From: Candidatus Pacebacteria bacterium RIFOXYA1_FULL_38_18
GTDB taxonomy: Bacteria; Patescibacteriota; Microgenomatia; UBA1400; PJMF01
Assembly (NCBI GenBank): GCA_001787405.1
Contig: MFWV01000011.1
Location: forward strand, 48,857-112,856
Direction of reading: 5' to 3'
Length of the DNA stretch: 64,000 nt
The notes beneath the pieces are model-generated. The model saw only the letters and a program-made list of their open reading frames with translations. It searched no databases and was not told where the DNA came from. A program made the position numbers and the translations under genes. Positions 28,884-38,649 of this stretch are shown one piece after another. The stretch's first letter is position 1. The number at the start of each line of letters is the position of its first letter.

Positions 28884-29780
28884 GTGACTGATACTGCCCA
28901 ATCCACTACTGGCTTGGTTCGTCGTTTAGTTAATGATCCCAATTCAACTATTGGAGCAATGATTAAACGAGGCTCTTTAGGAGTTTCTTCTGGAAGTCTG
29001 ATTAATGGGATTAGTCAGCCACTTGTGATGGTTAATAGCTCAAGCGATCAATCTACCGATCTTACGAAGAAAAAATCAACTAGAGAATTGGATTTTTTAG
29101 AGCAAGCTATTAATGAAGCAAAAACTGCAATGTCATCCATTCAATCAACTCAACCAATTAATTCTGATTTTCAGTCAACGCCCCAACCTACTCAGGCTCA
29201 AAACTCGGATGATTTTTCTTCAAATCCTCAACCCGCAAGAGCTCAGTCGTTAACCGATCAAACTCAAAACTCTCGGAATTCTTGGGCTTCAAAAACGCAA
29301 CCTTCAAACACAGTAGCAGAGGGAGTGATGTCTCAAGCCATGCCTCAAGCTATTAATCAAGCAATTGATGATGCCGGTCAACAACAAACGTCGGTGACTG
29401 GTAAAAAAGAGGCCATAGAAAATGTTGGTTTGGATCAAGTTGCCATTGATGCTGCTCGTGGGGCGCAGTTGGTGGAAACAGAACCACAACCAGAGATTCC
29501 ACCAGAAGTAGAAAGTTATTTAGAAAAAGTGGAGGAGCGCAAAGAAACTGCGCCCCAAGAAATAGTCATTGCCGATGGAACTCAAGCCTCACCAAACAAT
29601 CGTTCTTATCCAGCTCAACCCGTAGTGGTTTTACCCATTACTGCAGCAGAAGAAAAAGAAGGAATCAAAAAAAGCCCTAAATTTAGCATTCGTTGGTTGG
29701 TAGAATGGAGCAAGAAGCTAATGAAGATCTTTATGGGAAAAGTAATTTATAGACCAGTAGAGGAGAAGATAGACCAGTAG
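28884..29780 (+). CDS. hypothetical S/Q/T-rich protein
   Basis: 298 aa, mostly low complexity. Sits upstream of the membrane ATPase, possibly co-transcribed. Confidence 0.45.
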   Translation: MTDTAQSTTGLVRRLVNDPNSTIGAMIKRGSLGVSSGSLINGISQPLVMVNSSSDQSTDLTKKKSTRELDFLEQAINEAKTAMSSIQSTQPINSDFQSTPQPTQAQNSDDFSSNPQPARAQSLTDQTQNSRNSWASKTQPSNTVAEGVMSQAMPQAINQAIDDAGQQQTSVTGKKEAIENVGLDQVAIDAARGAQLVETEPQPEIPPEVESYLEKVEERKETAPQEIVIADGTQASPNNRSYPAQPVVVLPITAAEEKEGIKKSPKFSIRWLVEWSKKLMKIFMGKVIYRPVEEKIDQ

Positions 29781-29793
29781 AGGAGAAGAAAGT

Positions 29794-32133
29794 TTGATGT
29801 TTATAGAATCTGATAGTTTTGTCACCAGTGTTTCTATGTTTTTCATCAATCTCTTTTTATGGATAGGAATTATTGGTTTAGTACTTATTTTGGCTTATTT
29901 ATTTTTACAATGGTTTAAACATCGCAAACGCGAAGTCTATTCTCTGGACTTTGTAACACTACTAGTTCGTCTTCCCAAAGACAATGAAGTAAAGATTGAT
30001 GCTGCCGAACAAATGTTTGCCGGACTTTATTCTCTCAAAAATGATGGAATTTTCTCTTTCTTAAAACCAGAAGAAATCATTAGTTTTGAGATAGTGGGCC
30101 TCAAAGAAGAAATTGCTTTTTATGTTAGTTGTCCCAGAAAAATTAGAGATTTAGTAGAAAAACAAATTCATGGAGCATATCCCTTTGCTGATATCAAAGA
30201 AACTGATGAGGTAAATATTTTTAGCGAAAAAGGGCGAGTAGCTTTTTCTTCATTGAAACTTAAAGAAGGTCACTCTTTACCTTTAAAGACTTACAAAGAT
30301 TTACCAACAGACGGCTTGTCATTGATTACTTCTGCTTTTTCCAAAATGGGAGAAGGAGATGGTGCGATCTTGCAAATCTTGATCAGACCGGAAGGCAATC
30401 GTTGGCAGAAAAAAGGCAGAAACTACATCAAAAACGAAAAAAAACGAGAAGCTGATCCTCAAAAAGCAACTTATGGCCATGATCCAAAAGAAATGGAAGC
30501 AGTAACAACCAAAGTTGAAAAACCAGGCTTCAGAACCTCAATCAGAGTAGTGGTATCTTCAGCTCATGAATCAATAGCCCACTCACATTTAAATAACATT
30601 GACGGTGCTTTTTCTCAATTTGCTTCTACCTATAACCAACTCACTCATTCTCGTTTTTACATCAAACATCTTTTTATGATTGATTTTATTTATCGTTATA
30701 TGCCGTTATTTAATATAGGTACTTCAATTTTGAATACCGAAGAGTTAGCCACTGTTTTTCACTTTCCCAATAAAACTGTGGAGACTCATCACATCAAGTG
30801 GCTACAAGCCAAAAACGCACCAGCCCCGCATCAAATTCCCAATGAGGGACTCTTTTTGGGCAAATCTCTTTATCGTGGAGAAATACGAGATGTGCACATG
30901 AAGCTGAAAGATCGTCAACGCCACATGTACATCATTGGAAAAACTGGTACCGGTAAATCTGAGTTTTTGAAAGAAATGATCATGCAGGACATTATTAAAG
31001 GAGAAGGAGTTTGTGCCATTGATCCGCATGGTGAGTTTGTAGAAGATATTTTGCAATTAATGCCACCAGAACGGGCAGAAGATGTCATCTATTTCAACCC
31101 ATCAGATCTAGATCGGCCGATGGGTTTGAATATGATGGAAGCAGATTTTGAGGAACAAAAGCATTTTGTGGTGAGTTCCATTATTGGTTTAATGTACAAA
31201 TTATATGATCCGCATCGCACTGGTATCATCGGTCCGCGATTTGAGCATGCCATCAGAAACGCTATGTTGACAATCATGTCTAGAGAAGGTTCTACTTTTA
31301 TTGAGCTAGTTCGGGCCCTAACAGATCAAAAATTTGTTGAAGAGCTCTTGCCTTATGTTAAAGATCCGGTAGTAAAACGATATTGGACTGATCAGATTGC
31401 TCAAACCAGTGATTTCCATAAGTCAGAAGTGCTTGACTACATTGTGTCCAAATTTGGCCGTTTTGTGACCAATAAAACGATGAGAAACATCATTGGCCAG
31501 CCCAAGAGCTCTTTTAATTTCCGCAAAGCAATGGACGAGAAAAAAATTATTTTATGCAACCTTTCCAAAGGCATCTTGGGTGAGGAAGATGCCAAGTTTC
31601 TTGGTTTGATTCTAGTGCCAAAAGTCCTAACTGCTGCTATGAGCAGACAAGATGTGCCGATGGATCAGCGAACTGATTTTTTTCTCTATGTGGACGAGTT
31701 TCAAAACTATGCTACCGAGGATTTTGCCACCATTCTTTCAGAGGCTAGAAAATACAAACTCAATTTGATTGTAGCCAATCAGTTTATTGGTCAGATTGAT
31801 GAGGAAGTCAAAAACGCGGTGTTTGGTAATGTTGGCACCATTATTTCTTTCCGCATTGGCGTAACAGATGCCAATTTCCTACAACATGAATTTACTCCAG
31901 TTTTTAACGAAACAGACTTGGTTAATGTAGAAAAGTATCACGTTTACATTAAAACCATTGTCAACAATGAGCCAGTATCAGCTTTCAGCATGTCATTGGA
32001 AAAAGACATGGACGCCATCAAAGCCCAAATGAATCCCAAGTTGGCAGAAATGATCAAACAGCTTTCCCGCTTAAAATATGGTAAAGAGAGATCCGTAGTT
32101 GAGGCAGAAATTTCCATTAGAGCAAGATTATAA
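29794..32133 (+). CDS. membrane-anchored P-loop ATPase of the FtsK/HerA/VirB4/VirD4 (TraG-like) superfamily
   Basis: 779 aa. N-terminal TM helices. Walker A IIGKTGTGKSEF. DPHGE motif. Walker B FFLYVDEFQNY. ARKYKLNLIVANQ arginine-finger/Q region. Confidence 0.6.
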   Translation: MMFIESDSFVTSVSMFFINLFLWIGIIGLVLILAYLFLQWFKHRKREVYSLDFVTLLVRLPKDNEVKIDAAEQMFAGLYSLKNDGIFSFLKPEEIISFEIVGLKEEIAFYVSCPRKIRDLVEKQIHGAYPFADIKETDEVNIFSEKGRVAFSSLKLKEGHSLPLKTYKDLPTDGLSLITSAFSKMGEGDGAILQILIRPEGNRWQKKGRNYIKNEKKREADPQKATYGHDPKEMEAVTTKVEKPGFRTSIRVVVSSAHESIAHSHLNNIDGAFSQFASTYNQLTHSRFYIKHLFMIDFIYRYMPLFNIGTSILNTEELATVFHFPNKTVETHHIKWLQAKNAPAPHQIPNEGLFLGKSLYRGEIRDVHMKLKDRQRHMYIIGKTGTGKSEFLKEMIMQDIIKGEGVCAIDPHGEFVEDILQLMPPERAEDVIYFNPSDLDRPMGLNMMEADFEEQKHFVVSSIIGLMYKLYDPHRTGIIGPRFEHAIRNAMLTIMSREGSTFIELVRALTDQKFVEELLPYVKDPVVKRYWTDQIAQTSDFHKSEVLDYIVSKFGRFVTNKTMRNIIGQPKSSFNFRKAMDEKKIILCNLSKGILGEEDAKFLGLILVPKVLTAAMSRQDVPMDQRTDFFLYVDEFQNYATEDFATILSEARKYKLNLIVANQFIGQIDEEVKNAVFGNVGTIISFRIGVTDANFLQHEFTPVFNETDLVNVEKYHVYIKTIVNNEPVSAFSMSLEKDMDAIKAQMNPKLAEMIKQLSRLKYGKERSVVEAEISIRARL

Positions 32134-32317
32134 GTTTATTTATTTGGCAAACCTCAGTAATCTTTGCATGATTTTGATAGATTTTGGAGACTATCTATAT
32201 GTGTGTTATTGCGAATGTGTTGTTGTAAATATGTTATTGCAAAAAATTTATAAATATTAACTTTTTTGACTTGAAACAAACACATAAACGCACTCAAAAC
32301 AAATTATTTTTTCAATC

Positions 32318-33184
32318 ATGAGCATAAACTCAACTTCTCTGGGAAAAATTATTCTTACGGGGGAGCATAGTGTAGTTTATGGTTACCCCGCTTTGGCCAT
32401 ACCTACCAAATTAGCCACTCATGTAAAGGTTTGGAAAAAACGAGAGGGAAGATCTACCAAACAGTCACTTCCTCTCAAAGTTGTTCAAGTTATTGACGTC
32501 ATAGGTGAGCATTTTCCAGAACTTGATTTAGGTTTATCTTTTCAGATTTTTTCTTCATTGCCACAAAATTCAGGCCTCGGTTCCTCTGCAGCGCTGGCTC
32601 ATGCTCTTGTAAAAGCTATTGCTGGATATTATCACCGCCAATTAACAAAAGAACAGCTTTTTCAGATTGTTCAAAAATGTGAAAAAATTTTTCATGGAAA
32701 ACCCAGTGGAATTGATGCTGCTACTGTAGTTTATGAAACCTGTCTGCGTTTTATAAGGTCTAAAGATCAAGTTACCATTAAAAAACTTGATTGTCTGAAA
32801 ACGATTCCACCCTTTCTTTTACTTGACTCTGGAAAGGCCACCGAAACAACAAAAGCAATGATAAAAATTGCCAGCGGCAATCCAGCAAAGAAAAGCATTT
32901 TAAAACAAATAGGCGCAATTACTCAAAAAATCGAGAATCTTTTACAAGATGAAAAATTTTCTCCAGAACTTATTACAGAGAATGAAAGATTGCTGGAGAA
33001 ATTGGGCGTGGTTGGTAAAAAAGCCACTCTCATCATTCGTGCTATCGAAGAATTTGGAGGTTTTGCAAAAATTACTGGAGCAGGGGGAGTGGCGAGTGGT
33101 TCTGGCGTCATTATTGCTTTTCACAAAGACATCCAGAAATTAAAGAATTATTGTAAAATCAAACGATTTCACTCATTCAATTAA
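32318..33184 (+). CDS. mvk: GHMP kinase, mevalonate kinase-like
   Basis: 288 aa. N-terminal GKIILTGEHSVVYGYPALAIP (MK signature). GHMP motif PQNSGLGSSAA. Glycine-rich GAGGVASGSG. Confidence 0.75.
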   Translation: MSINSTSLGKIILTGEHSVVYGYPALAIPTKLATHVKVWKKREGRSTKQSLPLKVVQVIDVIGEHFPELDLGLSFQIFSSLPQNSGLGSSAALAHALVKAIAGYYHRQLTKEQLFQIVQKCEKIFHGKPSGIDAATVVYETCLRFIRSKDQVTIKKLDCLKTIPPFLLLDSGKATETTKAMIKIASGNPAKKSILKQIGAITQKIENLLQDEKFSPELITENERLLEKLGVVGKKATLIIRAIEEFGGFAKITGAGGVASGSGVIIAFHKDIQKLKNYCKIKRFHSFN

Positions 33185-33222
33185 ATAGAAGCTAAAATTA
33201 AAATGGCAAAAGAAAATAATTT

Positions 33223-34206
33223 ATGAATAAGATTCAAGCCTCTGCTCCAGGAAAATTAATGTTGTTTGGTGAGCATGCGGTGGTGTACGGACATCCGTGT
33301 ATTGTTACTGCCGTTGATCAGCGCATTTTTGTAGAAGTTCAAAAAAAAGATAATCATTCTTTTTCTGTTGTAGCGCCCGAAGTAGGAGTGGACAAATATA
33401 CCAAAAGTTTGATTGAAATTGGAAAGGCAACTATTCCCAGATCTGTTGTTTTCCTAGAGAAATTATATAAAAAATTTATTGAAAAATATTCTGTTGGTGG
33501 CGGAATTCAAGTCACGACTAGAAGTGAGTTTTCTGCAAAATTTGGTTTTGGCTCAAGCAGTGCCGTTACAGTGGCTTTTGCAAAAGCTTTGACAAAATTG
33601 TTCGCGATTGAGTTATCAAAGAAAGAATTATTTGACCTTTGCTATCAAACCGTTATTGATGTGCAAGGAGTTGGATCAGGGTTTGATTTGGCTTCAGCAA
33701 TATGGGGTGGCACTATCTATTATATTAAACCTGCAAAAATAGTAGAGCAACTTTCTGAAAAAGAAATTCCCATCAGCGTGGCATACACCGGCATTAAAGC
33801 CGATACTACAAGTCTGGTAAAAATGGTTGCGGAAGAAAAGGCCAATAATGCAGACAAGATCAATGAGATTTTTGAGCAAATAACCATTATTACTAAATTG
33901 GCAAAAACGGCAATATTGGCAAGTGATTGGCCACAGGTGGGGAACCTTATGACTCAAAATCAATTGTTGTTGGCAGAATTGGGAGTGAGTAGCACAGAGC
34001 TGGATTCGCTCATCTCAGTCTCATTGTTATCAGGAGCATATGGAGCAAAATTATCTGGTGCTGGTGGAGGTGATTGTATGATTGCTCTAGCCGATCAGAA
34101 AATCAAGAAAAAAATGGAGATAGAGCTTGAAAATGTTGGCGGTCAGGTGCTACAGGTGCATACCGGCGCTGATGCAGTAAGATTGGAAACAGAAAGCAAA
34201 AAATGA
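33223..34206 (+). CDS. second GHMP kinase (phosphomevalonate kinase or MK paralog; assignment unresolved)
   Basis: 327 aa. SAPGKLMLFGEHAVVYGHP (MK-type GEHAVV, not ERG8-type GEYAV). FGFGSSSA. KLSGAGGGDCMIAL. Confidence 0.7.
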   Translation: MNKIQASAPGKLMLFGEHAVVYGHPCIVTAVDQRIFVEVQKKDNHSFSVVAPEVGVDKYTKSLIEIGKATIPRSVVFLEKLYKKFIEKYSVGGGIQVTTRSEFSAKFGFGSSSAVTVAFAKALTKLFAIELSKKELFDLCYQTVIDVQGVGSGFDLASAIWGGTIYYIKPAKIVEQLSEKEIPISVAYTGIKADTTSLVKMVAEEKANNADKINEIFEQITIITKLAKTAILASDWPQVGNLMTQNQLLLAELGVSSTELDSLISVSLLSGAYGAKLSGAGGGDCMIALADQKIKKKMEIELENVGGQVLQVHTGADAVRLETESKK

Positions 34207-35183
34207 AGAAACAAACAGTACTAGCTCATTCTGATGTAGCGCTAATTAAATACTGGGGTAAAAAAGACGTAGCAACTCAACTTCCAGAAAATAGCAGTGT
34301 CTCAGTTGCTCTAAATGGATTGGATACCATCACAACTGTAGAGTTTGACGATAAATTATTGGCAGACGACATTGTTATCCAAGGCAGTAGAGAAGCCAAA
34401 GAAGTAGAGCGAGTAGTTTTACATTTGGAAAGAATTAGAAACTTAGCCCAAATTAAAACATACGCAAAAGTTGTATCAAAAAACACCTTTCCCAAAGCAA
34501 CTGGGCTTTCTAGTTCTGGTTCTGGGTTTGCTGCTCTGACTTTGGCTGCAATTGGTGCTCTTGAACTGAAACTTTCCCCCAAAGAAATAAGTATTCTTGC
34601 TAGAAAAGCCTCTGGTACAGCTTGTCGTTGTGTGATGGGTGGTTTTATTAAGTGGCTCGCTGGAGATACATCAAGTTCTTCTTATTCAAAAACAATTTTT
34701 GATGAAAATTATTGGGATATTAGAGATGTAATTGCCATTGTTGATTTTGATAAGAAAAAAGTATCTTCTTCTGAAGGTCATTTATCAGCGCACTCAAGTC
34801 CGTTTTATCAAGTTCGCTTACAGCGAATTCCCAGTAAAATTAAAAAAATTAAACAATATATAAACGATAAAGATTTTTCATCCTTTGGCAAACTAATCGA
34901 ATCAGAAGCTTTGGAATTTCACTCAATTCTTCTGACAAGTAAACCCCCACTCATCGCTTGGTATCCTGGCACTATTGCGGTGATGAATCTTGTACAAGAA
35001 ATGCGAAAACAGGGTATTGAGGCATATTTCACCATCAATACGGGCTTTAATGTTCATATATTAACACTTCCTCAATTTGTAGATGAAGTTCAGAAGAGAG
35101 TTTCAAGTTTGTCATTTGTTCGTGATGTTATGAAAGCAACCGTGGGGGGTTTTCCCCAAAAATTGGATACCCACTTATTTTAA
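34203..35183 (+). CDS. mvaD: diphosphomevalonate decarboxylase family (MVD, or phosphomevalonate decarboxylase)
   Basis: 326 aa. ALIKYWGKKD, TGLSSSGSGFAAL and the GHMP fold. Overlaps the upstream gene by 4 nt. Confidence 0.85.
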   Translation: MKKQTVLAHSDVALIKYWGKKDVATQLPENSSVSVALNGLDTITTVEFDDKLLADDIVIQGSREAKEVERVVLHLERIRNLAQIKTYAKVVSKNTFPKATGLSSSGSGFAALTLAAIGALELKLSPKEISILARKASGTACRCVMGGFIKWLAGDTSSSSYSKTIFDENYWDIRDVIAIVDFDKKKVSSSEGHLSAHSSPFYQVRLQRIPSKIKKIKQYINDKDFSSFGKLIESEALEFHSILLTSKPPLIAWYPGTIAVMNLVQEMRKQGIEAYFTINTGFNVHILTLPQFVDEVQKRVSSLSFVRDVMKATVGGFPQKLDTHLF

Positions 35184-35268
35184 AAATGAATATTTTGGTT
35201 GCGAAAAACTAAAAAAACTTGATTTCAAGAACATAAAAAACTATTGCGAAAACTTATTTTGGATAACT

Positions 35269-35580
35269 TTACCGTGCTTCGTAACTATCTACCACCTGTT
35301 TGCAGTAAAGATATTGACCGTAATCAATAGCCTTTTGCTGAATACTGGGGCTACTCTCATCTACTTGAATACTGGTTCCTAGAACATTTTTTGCTTGAGT
35401 GCCAATTTCTTGGGCGCGAGAAGACATAATGGCAAACTGCTGACTGATGTTGCCCTGAAGAGCATCGATTTCTATGGGAAGACTTGGGTTATTGGCTAGG
35501 GAATTATTTTTAAAGAAATAAATATAGCCAGCAACCAGGAGGCCGATAATAGCCAGCGTGATATAAATTTTTCTTTTCAT
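35269..35580 (-). CDS. hypothetical small membrane-anchored protein
   Basis: Start taken at internal Met (MKRKIYITLAIIGLLVAGYIYFF) to avoid overlap with the ABC permease gene. Coordinates are approximate to about 3 nt. Confidence 0.35.
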   Translation of the reverse strand: MKRKIYITLAIIGLLVAGYIYFFKNNSLANNPSLPIEIDALQGNISQQFAIMSSRAQEIGTQAKNVLGTSIQVDESSPSIQQKAIDYGQYLYCKQVVDSYEAR

Positions 35581-35602
35581 TACTTTTGAGTATAACTTAG
35601 AT

Positions 35603-36823
35603 TTACTCGTAGCGCAGAGCTTCGATAGGGGAAAGTCTAGAAGCTCGTCTGGCTGGGGCAACGCCAAAAATGATTCCTACGGCTGCTGAAACACCAAAAG
35701 CCAAAAGTACCGCTTCCATAGTGACTTTGGCAGGGAAGAAGGCTTGTATGGCCAAAGAACCTAAATAGGCGATTCCCAAGCCAATCAAGCCACCAATGAC
35801 CGATAATAGGGCTGATTCGATTAAAAATTGAAATAAAATTTGATTGGGTGTAGCACCCAGGGCTTTACGCAAGCCAATTTCTCGGGTACGTTCAGTCACT
35901 GACACCAACATGATGTTCATGATTCCTATTCCGCCCACGATCAAAGAAATTGCTCCAATCCCACCCAAGGCAATAGTGAGTGTTCCCAAAATACTATTGA
36001 TTGTGTCTAGCAACTGAGTTTGATCAAAAACCGTAAACTCATCATCATCCAAAAATTTACTCAGGCTTTTTTCTACACCAGCTTTTGCTGACTCAACATC
36101 ATTTTGGTCCACTGCTTCAAAAGTAAATGAATCAATTAACTCAATATTGAAGTCATCAAACAGAGTATTGAGAGGCAAATAAACATAATTATCAAAATTT
36201 GGTCCACCAAAACTACCTCCCTGTTTCATCAACACACCGCTAACTGTGTAGGTTCGACTTTCAATGCGGATACGTTTACCTACCGGATCAATTTTACCGA
36301 ATAATTCTTCTGCGATACCATTTCCCAATACCACCACTCGCTCACTTCTGGATTCAGAGGCTTCATCAAACCATTTACCTTTTTCAGTCTCCATTTTGAC
36401 TACTTCACCATAATTGGCGGTTACGCCATAAAGAGTGATGCGTTTTGTGATTTCGCGGTATTTAGCTTCACCAGTGCTAAAGCCACTAGCTACTCCTGCT
36501 CTTATTATTCCTCGATTGTCACGCAAGACCTGATTAAGATAGGAACGTTTTAGGACTGGTTTGGTGCTTTCTATAAAACTGCTTTCACCAGAAAATCCAG
36601 ATCCTTCACCAAAAGGATTTCCTGGAGAAACAAAAATAATATTGCCTCCCAAACTGGCAAACTGATCGCTAATGTAAGCTTGCAAGCCAGCACCGATTGA
36701 AATGAGTAAAACAACGGAGGACACACCGATAATTACTCCCAGCATGGTAAGAAAAGCACGTCCCTTATTGACCGCGATGGCTTTAATGGCAATTAAAAAA
36801 GTATTTTTTAGATTTATATTCAT
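35603..36823 (-). CDS. ABC transporter permease, FtsX/MacB family
   Basis: 406 aa. N-terminal TM, large extracytoplasmic domain, three C-terminal TMs. Overlaps the ATPase gene by 4 nt. Confidence 0.8.
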   Translation of the reverse strand: MNINLKNTFLIAIKAIAVNKGRAFLTMLGVIIGVSSVVLLISIGAGLQAYISDQFASLGGNIIFVSPGNPFGEGSGFSGESSFIESTKPVLKRSYLNQVLRDNRGIIRAGVASGFSTGEAKYREITKRITLYGVTANYGEVVKMETEKGKWFDEASESRSERVVVLGNGIAEELFGKIDPVGKRIRIESRTYTVSGVLMKQGGSFGGPNFDNYVYLPLNTLFDDFNIELIDSFTFEAVDQNDVESAKAGVEKSLSKFLDDDEFTVFDQTQLLDTINSILGTLTIALGGIGAISLIVGGIGIMNIMLVSVTERTREIGLRKALGATPNQILFQFLIESALLSVIGGLIGLGIAYLGSLAIQAFFPAKVTMEAVLLAFGVSAAVGIIFGVAPARRASRLSPIEALRYE

Positions 36824-37554
36824 GATTTGAGTTTTCCGTTTACGATTTTTCCGTCAATCAAAGAAATATGTTTTTTGGCAATCTCAGCCACGTCATGTTC
36901 ATGAGTTACCATGATGATGGTTTTGCCCTCGAGATTGAGTTGCTTGAGAATTTTTTTAACCTCTTCACCACTTTTTGAATCCAAGTTGCCAGTTGGTTCA
37001 TCAGCAAAAATAATAGCGGGATCGTTGACTAGGGCTCGGGCGATAGCCACTCGCTGTTGTTGGCCGCCAGAAAGCTGAGAGGGGCCGTTATCCAGACGAT
37101 CTCCCAATCCTAGTTTTTCTAGAATATTGCGAGCTTTCTGGCGGCGAGTAGTTTCATCTATTCCAGCATAAACGAGAGGTAAGGCTACATTTTCCAAAGC
37201 AGAGGTTTTGGCTAACAAATTGAAAGTTTGAAAAACAAAACCAACCTCTTTATTTCTCAAGCGAGCCCTCTCTATTTCGTTGTATGTACTGGTATCTTTA
37301 CCATTAATCAAGATTTTACCCGAACTGGGTGTAGCTAGGATGCTAGCCACTTGTAAAAAAGTCGATTTTCCAGAGCCAGAGGGTCCCATGACAGAAAGAA
37401 ATTCGCCTTCTTTGACAGTCAAAGAAATATCGTCCAATGCTTTGATTGTTTGTGTTCCCACTTGATAAATTTTGGAAACATTTTTTAGTTCCAAAATAGT
37501 TGAATGAGTTTTTTTGGTATTTTTTAACTTACCTGAGTGTTTATTTTGAGGCAT
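36820..37554 (-). CDS. ABC transporter ATP-binding protein (MacB/LolD-like)
   Basis: Walker [10 protein letters not shown]. Signature [15 protein letters not shown]. Walker [13 protein letters not shown]. Start at internal Met, just downstream of the adaptor gene stop. Confidence 0.9.
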   Translation of the reverse strand: MPQNKHSGKLKNTKKTHSTILELKNVSKIYQVGTQTIKALDDISLTVKEGEFLSVMGPSGSGKSTFLQVASILATPSSGKILINGKDTSTYNEIERARLRNKEVGFVFQTFNLLAKTSALENVALPLVYAGIDETTRRQKARNILEKLGLGDRLDNGPSQLSGGQQQRVAIARALVNDPAIIFADEPTGNLDSKSGEEVKKILKQLNLEGKTIIMVTHEHDVAEIAKKHISLIDGKIVNGKLKS

Positions 37555-37576
37555 TGCATTGGTTGAGTTGATCAAT

Positions 37577-38620
37577 TTATTCAGGCAATAGAATCTCATC
37601 AGCTTCTGACAAGCCTGATAAAACCTCTATTTTTTCTTCTGTTTCCATTCCAGTAACAAGCTCCCGCTCTTCATAGGTATTTTTACCAGTGCGAAGATCA
37701 ACATAGACTTTTTCATCACGTTCTCTAGTGGCAATCAAAGGAACGGTGAGAACATTTGCTTTTTCTTCTATTTTTATCTCAACATCCCCATTCATGCCCA
37801 ACCGATATTTATTCAAGCTATCTATCTGATCAATGGGCATTTCTACAGCAAAAACTGTACCGCTAGCAGACAAGGTGCTCTGATAAGCAATGTAATTTAT
37901 GAAACTATCTATGTTTTCATCAGCATATGCATCCAGACTAATTACGGTTGATTGATTGGTCTGAATCAAAGAAATGTCTGCTTCGTCTACTAATGCTCGG
38001 AAAATAAGTGTTTTAGGATTGACGATCAGAAAAGAATCAGTTGCTAGTAGTTGTATGCCAGACACATTGGTCGGGGATTGAACTAAAATGCCATCAATGG
38101 GTGAAGACATCACGGTATTGGCTACAGTAATAGCTGCTATTTCCAGATCTATGACTGAATTTTCCAGATCTAATTGATTTTTTTCTACAGTACGGTTTTC
38201 CTCCTGATCTATTGTTCTGTCTTTGACATCATCAAGTTGTTGATCCCAATCCAGACGTTCTTTGGAATAAAGATTTAAATATTTTTCTTTACTTTTGGCA
38301 ACGCTGGCAGCATCAATTTGAGCAATTGTTTGCCATTTTTTTACCGAATCACCCTCTTTAGCTCCCAAATAAGTAACTTTACCACCAGCTAGAAAGCGTA
38401 AAGAAGCTTTTTCTTTGGCATCAATTACACCAGAAACCTCCAATGTTTTTATCAAATTTTCTCTAGTAGGAGAGATAAAAATAAGTTGTTCTTGATCTTG
38501 TGATTTAGCCAGAACCAGGCGACCGGCAACCAACAAGATAACTAAACCAATAATTATCCACCAGCGCTTTGTTTGCCAGAGATTTTTTAGTTTATTTAAA
38601 AACGGTTTAAAAAATTTCAT
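37577..38620 (-). CDS. efflux periplasmic adaptor / membrane-fusion protein (HlyD/MacA-like)
   Basis: 347 aa. N-terminal TM, then coiled-coil and beta-barrel-like regions. First gene of a three-gene efflux operon. Confidence 0.7.
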   Translation of the reverse strand: MKFFKPFLNKLKNLWQTKRWWIIIGLVILLVAGRLVLAKSQDQEQLIFISPTRENLIKTLEVSGVIDAKEKASLRFLAGGKVTYLGAKEGDSVKKWQTIAQIDAASVAKSKEKYLNLYSKERLDWDQQLDDVKDRTIDQEENRTVEKNQLDLENSVIDLEIAAITVANTVMSSPIDGILVQSPTNVSGIQLLATDSFLIVNPKTLIFRALVDEADISLIQTNQSTVISLDAYADENIDSFINYIAYQSTLSASGTVFAVEMPIDQIDSLNKYRLGMNGDVEIKIEEKANVLTVPLIATRERDEKVYVDLRTGKNTYEERELVTGMETEEKIEVLSGLSEADEILLPE

Positions 38621-38649
38621 GAGCAGCTATTCTATCAAATTATTGCAAG

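Noticed and set aside
35603-35605. One-nucleotide discrepancy between my manual coordinate count and the ORF-track end for the FtsX-like gene
   Set aside because: It is most likely my counting error over a long span. ORF-track coordinates were kept.
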